Program-made: the position numbers and the translations under genes
Virus record (IMG/VR): IMGVR_UViG_3300027859_000890
Coordinates: 1 to 64,000 of that record
Length of the DNA: 64,000 nucleotides
Source of the DNA: a virus
Strand: one strand, 5' to 3'
Shown here: positions 19,342 to 29,279 of the stretch, in pieces
How positions within the stretch are numbered: the first letter of the stretch is position 1
Layout: each line of letters opens with the position of its first letter
Notes under the pieces: model-generated
Database searches by the model: none
What the model was told of the DNA's origin: nothing
The model's input: the letters and a program-made list of their open reading frames with translations, nothing else

Positions 19342-19821
19342 ATGGCAACTTTAAGATGTAAAGGATTAACTGGCGTAGAATTTGACTTGACAGTTACAAT
19401 GGGATCAACTACAATGAATGGTTTGACTGCATTAGCACAGGCTGTAGAAGGCCAAGAGATAATAACTGCTATGTATGCAGAAATAATAGCACAAAAAGAT
19501 AAAACTATAAATCAAACAGATCACGGCGGTGATAATTTAACTGCCGCAGGTTTAGTTGACGGTGATAGAGTTTATTGCATTCCTAGATATTCGGGTGCAA
19601 CAGGATTCAAAAGGCAAAGGCAAGAAGAAAAACTTAGAATTGCTGTGAGCAAACGTAAAGGACTTGCGGCCGCAGATACCAATGCAACATACTATAGAGC
19701 ATTGAATACAAAAACTAAAAACAATTTGCCAACACTTTACACAGCAAGTAACAACGATACAAACACGCTTGTTGATAATACTAATAGTGGTGGCTTAGTA
19801 GAAGGAAGACCTTGGACATAA
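19342..19821 (+). CDS. putative virion structural protein
   Basis: late promoter plus AGGAG RBS; ends GRPW. Confidence 0.5.
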   Translation: MATLRCKGLTGVEFDLTVTMGSTTMNGLTALAQAVEGQEIITAMYAEIIAQKDKTINQTDHGGDNLTAAGLVDGDRVYCIPRYSGATGFKRQRQEEKLRIAVSKRKGLAAADTNATYYRALNTKTKNNLPTLYTASNNDTNTLVDNTNSGGLVEGRPWT

Positions 19822-19879
19822 AAGAGTTACAAAAACGTGATCCTTTTATCTACAAGTAGAAAGGTAGGGAAAACAATTG

Positions 19880-20167
19880 ATGACTGAAATAGCAAAAGGT
19901 ATGGTAAATGCTGTAAAGGACAAAATGGATGAAAGTTTATTACTTGCCATTATATTCTTTATAGGACACATTATAATTGCAATGGTAGTTGTAAGTGCTA
20001 TTACAGGTGCAAGTATCTGGGAAGCAGGAGCAGTTGCAATAGTAGAGCCAGCAGTAAACTCTGTATGGTTTTACGTATTACATAAACTATGGCTAAATAC
20101 TAACAACAATTCAGGAGTTAAGAATGGCCGTTGTACAGATTTCAAGGATACAAAATCGCAGAGGTAA
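19880..20167 (+). CDS. DUF2061-like small membrane protein
   Basis: GHIIIA...AIVEPAVNSVWFYVLHKLW. Confidence 0.65.
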   Translation: MTEIAKGMVNAVKDKMDESLLLAIIFFIGHIIIAMVVVSAITGASIWEAGAVAIVEPAVNSVWFYVLHKLWLNTNNNSGVKNGRCTDFKDTKSQR

Positions 20168-21737
20168 AGCAAGGGTAACCGGCGTACCGCAATTATCAAG
20201 TGGTGAATTAGGATGGGCAGTTGACCTACAAAAACTTTACATAGGTAATGGTTCAGTAAGTGAAGGTGCACCTGCTACAGGTAATACAGAAATACTTACA
20301 ACTAAAAGCAACATTCTTGATCTAGTAGGACAATACACTTATAGAACTAATGATAACGTGCAAACAGGTCTTACAGGCTCAACACCTGTACAAAGATCTA
20401 TAGCAGAGAAGCTAGACGATACAGTCAGTCTCAAAGATTTTTATAAAACTGCAGGGGATGGCTCTGATCAAACGGCAGCCATACAAAGAGCAGTTGATCA
20501 ATTGTTTTTAGGTCCTATAGGTGGTCAGTATAAAAATATTACATTGCGTATACCGGCAGGCGAATATCTAGTGACAAGTGCTATTTTCATTCCACCATTT
20601 GCAAATATTGTAGGCGATGGTATGGATAAAACATTAATTACCTGCACAGGTTCTAGTGCATTTTATACAAAGAATGGCGATAGTGTTGGCAGTGGCAACT
20701 ATGCAGATGATAGTACAAACAGCCAATCAAACCAACCAAGATACATCACTTTACGTGATATGACAATCACTCATAGCAGTTACGGCGGAACTATTATTTT
20801 ACAAAACTGTAGAGACAGTTTGTTTTCAAACATAAGAATTAAGGGACAATGGCTTTTTGGTAGTGGTACTGGTGTAGATTACGGAGCATTTAAGTTACGA
20901 AGTGGTAGCATAGGTAGTTTAGATTGCACACAAAACATATTTAAAAACATCCACGTAGAGAATATGGCCTATGCCTATTTTACAGATGACGATGCAAGCT
21001 TTAATCAGTTTGATGGCGGTAAGATTGATACCTGTGGTTTTGGTTATAAATTTGGTATTGACACAGTGATTGGCGCAGCAGGTCAACTTACTGGTCCACA
21101 ATTTAACACAATTGAAAACACAACATTTAATAATATCAACAACCAAGCAATTATTATAGACAATGGCTTTAACAATACAAGTAGAAACAATAAGTTTTTG
21201 TTTGTTGGTAATGATGCAGCCAACAGTCAAAATGCAACTGTAAGCGTCATAAGATTTGGCAAAGAAACTAATTTCAGCACTGATGATTTCTTTCAACGTA
21301 CAGCAGACCTTACAGTTAATCCATTATTCAATGCAGCAAGTTATCCACCTGAAGTAGAAGGACCAAACAATGTCCATATGTCGTTTCCAGTAAAAACAGA
21401 AATTGGTGGCAACCTAGTTTACACATACTTTATGGGATTACCAGCTCCTGTAATTAAAGGTAGAATCATAGTTGACTACAGATACACTGCAAACAATACG
21501 CCAGGACCTGTGAGTAGAAGAGGACAGTGGATATTAGATTGGAACAAAGATGTAAGCGGTACCGATCTTGACTTTGGAGATGACTTTACTTTTATTGGAA
21601 ACAGTTCACTACTAAATTCTTTAGATTTTAGAGGCACGCTATCTGGTAACAAGATTAGCATAGAAGTTAAAAACCTAACACTTGACGAAGGTGTTGGCAC
21701 AGACGAGTTTACTTTCAATATAACGTATCAATTCTAA
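20124..21737 (+). CDS. virion/tail protein with pectate-lyase-like beta-helix
   Basis: MAVVQISRIQNRRG..GELGW..LYIG head domain; VSLKDF..GDG..DQTAAIQRA..IPAGEY. Confidence 0.75.
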   Translation: MAVVQISRIQNRRGKARVTGVPQLSSGELGWAVDLQKLYIGNGSVSEGAPATGNTEILTTKSNILDLVGQYTYRTNDNVQTGLTGSTPVQRSIAEKLDDTVSLKDFYKTAGDGSDQTAAIQRAVDQLFLGPIGGQYKNITLRIPAGEYLVTSAIFIPPFANIVGDGMDKTLITCTGSSAFYTKNGDSVGSGNYADDSTNSQSNQPRYITLRDMTITHSSYGGTIILQNCRDSLFSNIRIKGQWLFGSGTGVDYGAFKLRSGSIGSLDCTQNIFKNIHVENMAYAYFTDDDASFNQFDGGKIDTCGFGYKFGIDTVIGAAGQLTGPQFNTIENTTFNNINNQAIIIDNGFNNTSRNNKFLFVGNDAANSQNATVSVIRFGKETNFSTDDFFQRTADLTVNPLFNAASYPPEVEGPNNVHMSFPVKTEIGGNLVYTYFMGLPAPVIKGRIIVDYRYTANNTPGPVSRRGQWILDWNKDVSGTDLDFGDDFTFIGNSSLLNSLDFRGTLSGNKISIEVKNLTLDEGVGTDEFTFNITYQF

Positions 21738-21738
21738 T

Positions 21739-22164
21739 ATGTTTCCACAGGATTTTTATAAACGCATAAGCGTTTGGCAAGACTTACGAAACGATTTAGA
21801 AACTAGCAAAGATCCATATAATTTGCTGTTCGATTTCTGGAACGCTGTACCTACCAGTGCGATAAGTACTGATCCATATGATGATAAAACTTGGCCTGAT
21901 CCTTGGGAGATGATACAGCAAAATGACTACTGTGAATTCAAAAAAATTCTTGCAATTTTTTACACTTTACAGTTAACAGACCGTTTTTCTGAGGCCGATT
22001 TTGAGATACATATTACACTAGACAGAGATAAAAGTAGATACGTGTATCTTCTTTCAGTTGACAATTTAACAATTGGAATTTATAATAATGGTAACGTTGG
22101 ATTTTACAAGCACAATAAATTGGTTTCACAAGTTCAATATTCTAAACTGCCTCAGTATAATTAA
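21739..22164 (+). CDS. hypothetical phage protein
   Basis: WPDPWE motif; 141 aa. Confidence 0.65.
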   Translation: MFPQDFYKRISVWQDLRNDLETSKDPYNLLFDFWNAVPTSAISTDPYDDKTWPDPWEMIQQNDYCEFKKILAIFYTLQLTDRFSEADFEIHITLDRDKSRYVYLLSVDNLTIGIYNNGNVGFYKHNKLVSQVQYSKLPQYN

Positions 22165-22185
22165 AATAAAGTAACAGGAGATAAT

Positions 22186-24486
22186 ATGAGTGACAATACC
22201 ATGATCGTCAAGCGTAGTGGCGAACAAGAACAACTAAACATAGAAAAAATACACAAAGTAGTAGAACACGCTTGTGAAGGTCTGGCAGGAGTTAGCAGTA
22301 GTTTGATTGAAATGAATGCTAACATTCAATTTTATAATGGTATGAGCTCAAAAGAAATTCAAGAAATTTTAGTCAGAAGTGCAAATGATTTGATCAGCTT
22401 GGAACATCCTAACTATCAATATGCGGCGGCAAGGTTACTTTCATACGGAACAAACAAAGAAGTATTTGGTGGATACGTTTGCTGTTCGCTACAAGAACTA
22501 ATAGATCTAAATATAGAACGTGGCGTTTATGATCCTGATATATTAAATTTATACACACCTGAGGAAATAGAAAGACTAGACAGTTACATTAATCACAAGC
22601 GTGATGAAAACTTTACATATGCTGGACTGAGACAAGTGGTAGACAAATACTTGTGTCAAGATCGTAGCAATGGGCAGTTATTTGAAACGCCACAATTTAT
22701 GTATATGATGATTGCCGCAACATTGTTTGCACAATATCCAAAAGAAACACGTATGCATTATGTAAGGAGATATTATGACGCAACATCACTCTTCAGAATC
22801 AACATCCCGACTCCAGTTATGGCAGGGGTTAGGACGCCTGTCCGGCAGTTCGCAAGTTGTGTGCTTGTTGACAGCGATGATACTCTTGATAGTATTTTTG
22901 CCAGTGATATGTCTATTGGTCGCTATACTGCTCAAAGAGCAGGCATTGGAATCAACGCAGGAAGAATCCGCGGAGTAAACAGCAAGATACGTGGCGGTGA
23001 AGTTGCACACACAGGTATTATTCCTTTCCTTAAGAAGTTTGAAAGCACAGTAAGATGTTGTACACAAAATGGTGTACGTGGCGGATCAGCAACAACACAC
23101 TTTCCTTTTTGGCATCAAGAGATTGAAGACATCCTTGTGCTAAAAAACAACAAAGGCACAGAAGATAATCGTGTGCGTAAGTTAGACTATTCAATCCAAC
23201 TGAACAAAACAATGTATGAAAGATTACTTTCGGGTGGTGAAATTACTTTATTCTCTCCACACGATGTACCTGGACTATATGAATCTTATTTTGGCGATCC
23301 AGATGCGTTCAAAGAAATGTATGAAATGTACGAACGCAAAACTAGCATTAAGAAAAAGAAAATTGATGCTATGGAATTGTTTTCAGCACTTATCAAAGAA
23401 CGTGCAGAAACAGGACGCATTTATATTATGAATGTTGATCATTCAAATACACACAGCTCATTCAAAGATCCTGTATATATGAGCAACCTATGTCAAGAAA
23501 TTACATTACCAACAAAACCATTACAACACATCGATGATGAGAATGGGGAAATAGCATTGTGTATTCTAAGTGCAATTAATGTTGGTGTAATTAAAGAACT
23601 TGACGACTTAGAAGAACTATGTGATCTAGCAGTTAGAGCACTAGAAGAAATTATAGATTATCAACGCTACCCAATTAAGGCAGCAGAAGTAAGCACAAAA
23701 GCAAGACGTAGTTTAGGTGTTGGTTATATAGGACTAGCACATTATCTTGCAAAAAATCACGTAAGCTATGAAGAAGATAGAGCTTGGAAACTTGTACACG
23801 ATTTGTCAGAAGCATTTCAATATTACTTGTTAAAAGCCAGCAACAAACTTGCACAAGAGCGTGGCGCCTGTGAATACTTTGACCGTACAAAATACAGTGA
23901 TGGAGTATTGCCTATTGATACATACAAAGCAGATGTTGATACAATAGTGGAGAATAAATTAAACTATGATTGGGATACTTTACGCACAGACATTCAACAA
24001 CACGGTCTTAGGCACAGCACATTGTCCGCACAAATGCCTTCAGAGAGCAGTTCCGTTGTGTCGAACGCCACCAATGGAATCGAGCCACCTAGAGGATACT
24101 TGTCCGTTAAGAAAAGCAAAAAAGGGCCTCTTAAGCAGATTGTTCCACAGTACCAAAGTCTAAAAAGTTATTATACTTTGTTGTGGGAAATGAGTGGCAA
24201 CCAAGGATATATTAATGTAGTTGCAGTAATGCAAAAATTCTTTGACCAAGCTATTTCAGGTAATTGGTCATACAATCCTACACAGTATGAAAACAATGAA
24301 GTGCCAATGAGTGTTATGATACAAGACTTGTTGCAAACATACAAGCTAGGATGGAAAACAAGTTATTATCAAAACACTTATGATTATAAAACAGATCCAA
24401 GTGAAATAGAAGATGAAAAGCCAGTAGAGCTTGCACAAGAAGAGTTGCCTGAGGATGACGAAATGTGCGATGCTTGCGCCATATAA
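22186..24486 (+). CDS. nrdA: ribonucleotide reductase class Ia alpha subunit with ATP cone
   Basis: VKRSG ATP cone, TPVMAG, ASCVL, SNLCQEI, KTSYYQ, C-terminal CDAC. Confidence 0.97.
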   Translation: MSDNTMIVKRSGEQEQLNIEKIHKVVEHACEGLAGVSSSLIEMNANIQFYNGMSSKEIQEILVRSANDLISLEHPNYQYAAARLLSYGTNKEVFGGYVCCSLQELIDLNIERGVYDPDILNLYTPEEIERLDSYINHKRDENFTYAGLRQVVDKYLCQDRSNGQLFETPQFMYMMIAATLFAQYPKETRMHYVRRYYDATSLFRINIPTPVMAGVRTPVRQFASCVLVDSDDTLDSIFASDMSIGRYTAQRAGIGINAGRIRGVNSKIRGGEVAHTGIIPFLKKFESTVRCCTQNGVRGGSATTHFPFWHQEIEDILVLKNNKGTEDNRVRKLDYSIQLNKTMYERLLSGGEITLFSPHDVPGLYESYFGDPDAFKEMYEMYERKTSIKKKKIDAMELFSALIKERAETGRIYIMNVDHSNTHSSFKDPVYMSNLCQEITLPTKPLQHIDDENGEIALCILSAINVGVIKELDDLEELCDLAVRALEEIIDYQRYPIKAAEVSTKARRSLGVGYIGLAHYLAKNHVSYEEDRAWKLVHDLSEAFQYYLLKASNKLAQERGACEYFDRTKYSDGVLPIDTYKADVDTIVENKLNYDWDTLRTDIQQHGLRHSTLSAQMPSESSSVVSNATNGIEPPRGYLSVKKSKKGPLKQIVPQYQSLKSYYTLLWEMSGNQGYINVVAVMQKFFDQAISGNWSYNPTQYENNEVPMSVMIQDLLQTYKLGWKTSYYQNTYDYKTDPSEIEDEKPVELAQEELPEDDEMCDACAI

Positions 24487-24498
24487 ATAATAAACTAG

Positions 24499-24527
24499 TT
24501 GACATACAGCCTAAATGGCTGTATAGT
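24499..24527 (+). promoter_or_regulatory. sigma70-type promoter
   Basis: TTGACA-17-TATAGT. Confidence 0.6.
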
Positions 24528-24558
24528 CGTCTATACAGACACAGAAAGAGGAAGAACG

Positions 24559-25662
24559 ATGTCGAAAACAGTTTTTAATAAAGAAAAAGTAGATTTTACA
24601 AAACAAAATATGTTTTTTGGCGAAGATCAGAATACACAACGTTACGATGTGTTTAAGTTTCCGGTCTTTGACAAACTCAACCAAACTATGCTAGGTTACT
24701 TTTGGCGACCAGAAGAAGTTAGTTTGCAAAAAGATAGAGCAGACTTTGCTGTATTTCGACCAGAACAAAAGCATATCTTTACTGCAAACTTAAAATATCA
24801 AACACTGTTAGACAGTGTTCAAGGACGTGGTCCTTGCTTGGCATTCTTGCCACACGTAAGTTTACCTGAGTTAGAGGGTTGTATTGTAACTTGGGATTTC
24901 TTTGAAACTATTCACTCACGTTCTTATACTCACATAATGAAAAATGTATATCCAGATCCAGCAGAAGTATTTGATACAATCTTAGATGATGAAAAAATTA
25001 TTGCTAGAGCTACAAGTGTTACAAAACATTACGATGCATTTAACGAAGCGGCAGATGCATACTTTCACAGAGGTGAAGGTTCAATGTATGATGTGAAGAA
25101 GAAAATGTATCTTGCTATGATGACAGTTAATATTTTAGAAGGCTTGCGTTTCTATGTAAGTTTTGCTTGTACATTTGGTTTTGGAGAACTAAAACTAATG
25201 GAAGGTAGTGCAAAGATTATCAGTCTTATTGCACGTGACGAAGCACAACACCTAGCATTGTCAACACACGTATTGAAACTATGGGCACAAGGCAAAGACG
25301 ATCCAGAAATGGCCAAAGTTGCAAAGGAATGCAAAGAAGAAGTGTATGACTTGTGGCGTGAATGTGTTGCAGAAGAAAAAGATTGGGCAGAGTATTTGTT
25401 CAAAGATGGTTCAATGATTGGTTTGAATACAACATTGCTAAATCAATACGTAGAATATATTGCAAACAGACGTTTGAAAGCATTGCAATTTGATGCTATC
25501 TTTGATGCACCAGTAAACACAAACCCACTACCTTGGACACAACATTGGTTATCAAGTTCAGGCTTGCAAGTTGCTCCACAAGAAACAGAAGTTGAAAGCT
25601 ATGTGATTGGTGGCATCAAGCAAGACGTGGATAAAGAAAGCTTAAAAGGATTTAGTTTATGA
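24559..25662 (+). CDS. nrdB: ribonucleotide reductase class Ia beta subunit
   Basis: FWRPEE, LDSVQGR, ETIHSRSY, EGLRFYVSF, DEAQH, APQETE; start set at MSKTVF. Confidence 0.97.
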   Translation: MSKTVFNKEKVDFTKQNMFFGEDQNTQRYDVFKFPVFDKLNQTMLGYFWRPEEVSLQKDRADFAVFRPEQKHIFTANLKYQTLLDSVQGRGPCLAFLPHVSLPELEGCIVTWDFFETIHSRSYTHIMKNVYPDPAEVFDTILDDEKIIARATSVTKHYDAFNEAADAYFHRGEGSMYDVKKKMYLAMMTVNILEGLRFYVSFACTFGFGELKLMEGSAKIISLIARDEAQHLALSTHVLKLWAQGKDDPEMAKVAKECKEEVYDLWRECVAEEKDWAEYLFKDGSMIGLNTTLLNQYVEYIANRRLKALQFDAIFDAPVNTNPLPWTQHWLSSSGLQVAPQETEVESYVIGGIKQDVDKESLKGFSL

Positions 25663-25910
25663 TTTACATTTGGGGTAAACCAGCTTGTCCAAGTTGCACC
25701 AAAGCAAAAATGTTTTGCGAAAATAACAACCTTCCATTTGAATACTTGGAAATGGGCAAAGACTTCTCAAGAGAAGCAATCCTTGCAGAGTTTCCTAATG
25801 CACGTACATTTCCACAGATTGTTATAAATGGAAATAAAATAGGTGGATACGAACAGATGCTCACCTATGTAGAAAGCACAAACTATAACGGAACAGGACA
25901 CACATTATAA
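25659..25910 (+). CDS. glutaredoxin
   Basis: CPSC, TFPQI, IGGY. Confidence 0.9.
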   Translation: MIYIWGKPACPSCTKAKMFCENNNLPFEYLEMGKDFSREAILAEFPNARTFPQIVINGNKIGGYEQMLTYVESTNYNGTGHTL

Positions 25911-26203
25911 TGTTAATAGACGTACCATATAATAAAAACGATACTATCACAATCAAAACAGCAGCCGGTGGCGATGAAATTGTTTGTAGATTTGTAGATG
26001 AAGATAATCACGCAATTACAGTTACGAAGCCTATGGCACTTGTTGCAACAGAAAATGGTATTGGATTAGGACCATACACATTTACTGTAGATCCTAAGAG
26101 TAATATAAAAATAAATAAAAGTAGTATAGTATTTGTGCATAAAACTGAAGACAGTATGGCAAAGCAATATGTACAAAGTACTACAGGAGTAGCGTTAGCT
26201 TAG
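25910..26203 (+). CDS. hypothetical protein (Sm/LSm-like fold, T4-like phages)
   Basis: IK...G.EIV..F, KPM, Y.QSTTG pattern. Confidence 0.55.
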   Translation: MLIDVPYNKNDTITIKTAAGGDEIVCRFVDEDNHAITVTKPMALVATENGIGLGPYTFTVDPKSNIKINKSSIVFVHKTEDSMAKQYVQSTTGVALA

Positions 26204-26211
26204 GAGTAGCA

Positions 26212-26559
26212 ATGCCATTAGTTGCAAGAAAAGACGGAGTAGATGTAGTCAATACTATCCACGTAAGTGTAGGAGATGCAGATCCTGATGACGGTATTGC
26301 TTGTGATGCAAACCCTCAAAATATTGCAACAGATGCCGGTAGTGGTAATGTATTTGTAGAAAATGTAGGAGTTGTACGCAAAGGTGATAATGAAGCAGTG
26401 CATACAATACCAGGATGTTCAACACATCAAACAGGATTAGCCACGCATAGCGATAATGTATTTGCAAATAACTTAAACATAGGACGCAAAGACGATACCT
26501 ATGGATGTGGCGCACAGATTACCGTAGTAAATCAATCATCAGTACACGCAAATAGTTAA
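26212..26559 (+). CDS. PAAR-like baseplate spike tip protein (gp5.4-like)
   Basis: VARKD, GSGNVFVE..GVVRKGD...H....C..H, GR.DD..GCG. Confidence 0.75.
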   Translation: MPLVARKDGVDVVNTIHVSVGDADPDDGIACDANPQNIATDAGSGNVFVENVGVVRKGDNEAVHTIPGCSTHQTGLATHSDNVFANNLNIGRKDDTYGCGAQITVVNQSSVHANS

Positions 26560-26562
26560 CAC

Positions 26563-26591
26563 TTGACAATTCAGTTATAATTTATTATACT
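26563..26591 (+). promoter_or_regulatory. sigma70-type early promoter
   Basis: TTGACA-17-TATACT. Confidence 0.7.
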
Positions 26592-26611
26592 AATATAGAA
26601 GAGAGAGTCCT

Positions 26612-27184
26612 ATGAAAAAAATAATTACAGATGTTGATGGCGTGTTGTTAGATTGGAATACAAAGTTTAACGAGTGGATGCAAGACGAAGGCTTTGCTAT
26701 CCAAAGTCCAGATAACTATGCAGTAAATTTACGTTACGATATCAATAGAGAACAAGCCGAAGGACTTATAAAAGACTTCAACGAAAGTACTTGGATATCA
26801 CATTTAGATTATCTACGTGATGCAAAAGAAGGTGTACAAAAACTTGTGGACAATGGTTTTAAGATTGATATTTGCACAGCAGTAGGCACAAATGAATACA
26901 CACAGGAAACACGCAATAGGCATTTAGGATATTGCTTTGGTAAAAAGACTTTTGACAAAATGCATTATGTAACTGGCAATGGTCCTAAAGATCATATACT
27001 AGAACAATATGATGGCACAGGATTGTATTGGTTAGAAGACAAACCAGAAAATGCAGTGACAGGATTGAAATTTGGTTTGAAACCTATATTAATATCACAT
27101 CCTTGGAACACCTGGTTCCATCACCCTGAAGTTGCAAGAGCAGATAATTGGAAAAAGGTTTGCGAGATAATATTGGATGAGTGA
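26612..27184 (+). CDS. HAD-family 5'(3')-deoxyribonucleotidase-like protein
   Basis: TDVDGVLLDW, WLEDKPEN, HPWN. Confidence 0.8.
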   Translation: MKKIITDVDGVLLDWNTKFNEWMQDEGFAIQSPDNYAVNLRYDINREQAEGLIKDFNESTWISHLDYLRDAKEGVQKLVDNGFKIDICTAVGTNEYTQETRNRHLGYCFGKKTFDKMHYVTGNGPKDHILEQYDGTGLYWLEDKPENAVTGLKFGLKPILISHPWNTWFHHPEVARADNWKKVCEIILDE

Positions 27185-27356
27185 TACACACGAACAACTT
27201 AAATTAGCATTTGCAACATACCTCAAAGAAATAGAAAACTTTGAAGAGAATGGTGTGAAAGTTAGTGCAGTTCGTGCTAGACAAGCTCTAAATGATTTAA
27301 AAAAACTTATTACAGAGCGCAGACAAGAAATACAGCAAATGAAGAATGACATATGA
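27177..27356 (+). CDS. small helical protein, Hc1/histone H1-like family
   Basis: 59 aa with FEENGVKVSAVRARQAL..LKKL..ERRQEIQ; below the ORF-track cutoff. Confidence 0.6.
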   Translation: MSDTHEQLKLAFATYLKEIENFEENGVKVSAVRARQALNDLKKLITERRQEIQQMKNDI

Positions 27357-27616
27357 TTACAGAATCCTTTGATTTAGATTACAACTTTGTAGAAACAACT
27401 GTAAAGATCTGTGAAGATACAGCAAGATGTGTTGTACAGTTTCCTCGATGGAACAACAAAGATAGAATTATAGAATTTATTGACAAAAATAATTATATCT
27501 GTGCAGGTGTTTATAGTACTGATGAAGAGCTACTTAAAGAAATGAATATATATTTAGGTGGCGAAATGATTACCACCTTAGAAGAATATAATCTCATAGA
27601 AAGACAGTTCACATAA
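27353..27616 (+). CDS. hypothetical protein
   Basis: ATGA overlap. Confidence 0.55.
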   Translation: MITESFDLDYNFVETTVKICEDTARCVVQFPRWNNKDRIIEFIDKNNYICAGVYSTDEELLKEMNIYLGGEMITTLEEYNLIERQFT

Positions 27617-27623
27617 ATACGCT

Positions 27624-28349
27624 ATGAGCAAATCTATACACCTGTGGATTTTGCACGTGCCGGTTTGTGTCACAGTGTTATATTCATTTTTTATTTTACC
27701 AATATGGTCAATACCGTTATTGATTATTTTTGGTGCAATTATGACAGGAATATTTGTTGAAGGTGGTTTGCACAAATACTTCACACATCAAACTGGAAGA
27801 TTAAAACATAAATTTTGGCATTATTTTTTTGTTATTGGTTGTTCATTAATGGCACAAGGACCAATTCCAATATGGGTTACATCACATAGAGTGCATCACA
27901 AATTCAGCGATACGCCAAGAGATACACATAGTCCTAAACAGCACGGCATCAGAGATACTTTTTTTGCTCATTGGTTCATTTGGAAAATGGATGACACTAC
28001 CCAAATTACTAGGACACTTGGATTATTATATCAAAAAGATAAATTAGTAAGATTTTTGACGAATCATTATATAAAAACTAATGTTGCATTTGCTGTAATT
28101 TTGTATCTTATATCTCCTTATTTTTTTATTTTTTGGTGTTATGCTGTTATAATGGGTTTACTAGGAGGCGCCATAACAAATACAATAGGACATATTTACG
28201 GAGAGTATAAAGATTTTCGTAGCTTAAATGCTGTGATGTGTTGGACTTCAACCGCATACCACGGCACACATCATAAACAACCTACTCGTGTTCACTACAA
28301 TGAATTTTTAGATCCAGTTGGTTGGGTTTTGAAAAAAATATTTGTATAA
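27624..28349 (+). CDS. membrane fatty acid desaturase (delta-9-like)
   Basis: His boxes HKYFTH, HRVHH..SDT..DTHSP, NTIGH, YHGTHH. Confidence 0.85.
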   Translation: MSKSIHLWILHVPVCVTVLYSFFILPIWSIPLLIIFGAIMTGIFVEGGLHKYFTHQTGRLKHKFWHYFFVIGCSLMAQGPIPIWVTSHRVHHKFSDTPRDTHSPKQHGIRDTFFAHWFIWKMDDTTQITRTLGLLYQKDKLVRFLTNHYIKTNVAFAVILYLISPYFFIFWCYAVIMGLLGGAITNTIGHIYGEYKDFRSLNAVMCWTSTAYHGTHHKQPTRVHYNEFLDPVGWVLKKIFV

Positions 28350-28423
28350 AAACCACTAATGTTAGCGCCTTAATAGTTTTTTTCTGTAAATACAATTGTT
28401 ATCACAGCAATGAAAGATAAACA

Positions 28424-28639
28424 ATGTTAAAACAGATCACCAAAAACGATCTCAAGGAAGAATACAGAGTATTTTTTATGGTCACGGGTCATCTAAACAC
28501 AACACCTCAAACAGTAATAGACGCCTATGACGAGTTTTTTACACGTCTATGGATTGACGGTAGCAATGGTGCACCGCTGTCTGATTATGAAGAACAGTTT
28601 GAAATAGCCTGGAAAGCAGAACACAATGATATCACGTAA
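28424..28639 (+). CDS. hypothetical protein
   Basis: ORF after TAAATA. Confidence 0.55.
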   Translation: MLKQITKNDLKEEYRVFFMVTGHLNTTPQTVIDAYDEFFTRLWIDGSNGAPLSDYEEQFEIAWKAEHNDIT

Positions 28640-28838
28640 GATAGGCGATTTGAGTTGGGAAGACCTAACTTATCTCGAAATGCTACTGAAGAATCAATAC
28701 AGTGCAGAATTAGAAAAAGATAAGACTTGGGAAAGTAAGAACCGGTATGACCGTATCGGTTCTCACAAGAATAAGATTAGACGTATAATGGAAGCTATTT
28801 CTAGCCAAAAAACTCTTTCTAAACTAGATAAGTGGTAG
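28626..28838 (+). CDS. hypothetical protein
   Basis: ORF overlapping upstream gene. Confidence 0.55.
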   Translation: MISRKIGDLSWEDLTYLEMLLKNQYSAELEKDKTWESKNRYDRIGSHKNKIRRIMEAISSQKTLSKLDKW

Positions 28839-29153
28839 CTAGAAATAATCCCCATACCCACTTCCATCATTAGAAGGGTAATAAGGATTATTAAAGTTTG
28901 GATCGTCCATTCCGTCTACAGCGGTAACTTCTGGAACAAAATGTTGAAGCATATTTTCAACACCCATTTTCAGTGTCATACTACTACTGGCACATCCACT
29001 GCAACCTCCTTGCAATAATACAAGCACACGACCTGATTCCATATCAAAGTCTTGTAGTTCAATCATACCACCGTGTCCTGCAACTGCTGGATTAATTTGT
29101 TCTTCGATTATACTGCTTATTTGTTTTACAATTTCTTCTTTAGTACGTTCCAT
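28839..29153 (-). CDS. NifU/NfuA C-terminal domain Fe-S carrier protein
   Basis: INPAVAGHGG, LQGGCSGCASSSMTLKMGVE; start MERTKEE 5 nt after TAAATA. Confidence 0.88.
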   Translation of the reverse strand: MERTKEEIVKQISSIIEEQINPAVAGHGGMIELQDFDMESGRVLVLLQGGCSGCASSSMTLKMGVENMLQHFVPEVTAVDGMDDPNFNNPYYPSNDGSGYGDYF

Positions 29154-29174
29154 ACTAATATTTATTATTAAATT

Positions 29175-29275
29175 TGGCTCCGGGGGGAGGATTCGAACCT
29201 CCACGGTAAATATATTGCAGTACATCTACCACACGATAAACAGTCGTGCGTGTCTACCATTTCCACCACCCCGGA
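29175..29275 (-). tRNA. tRNA-Asn(GUU), atypical: 101 nt, type II long variable arm, U37
   Basis: TCCGGGG/CCCCGGA acceptor stem, G73, encoded CCA; D-arm GTGGAAATGGTAGACAC; anticodon arm CACGA-CTGTTTA-TCGTG; V-arm GGTAGATGTA/TATATTTACC; T-arm GGAGG-TTCGAAT-CCTCC. Confidence 0.85.
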
Positions 29276-29279
29276 TCAT

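Noticed and set aside
22186-25662. Introns or inteins in nrdA/nrdB
   Set aside because: Both ORFs are continuous and of normal class Ia length.
29175-29275. Calling the tRNA a tRNA-Leu/Ser from its D-arm and long variable arm, or a pseudo-tRNA
   Set aside because: The 7-nt loop centres on GUU, U1-A72/G73 are Asn-type, all stems pair and CCA is encoded.
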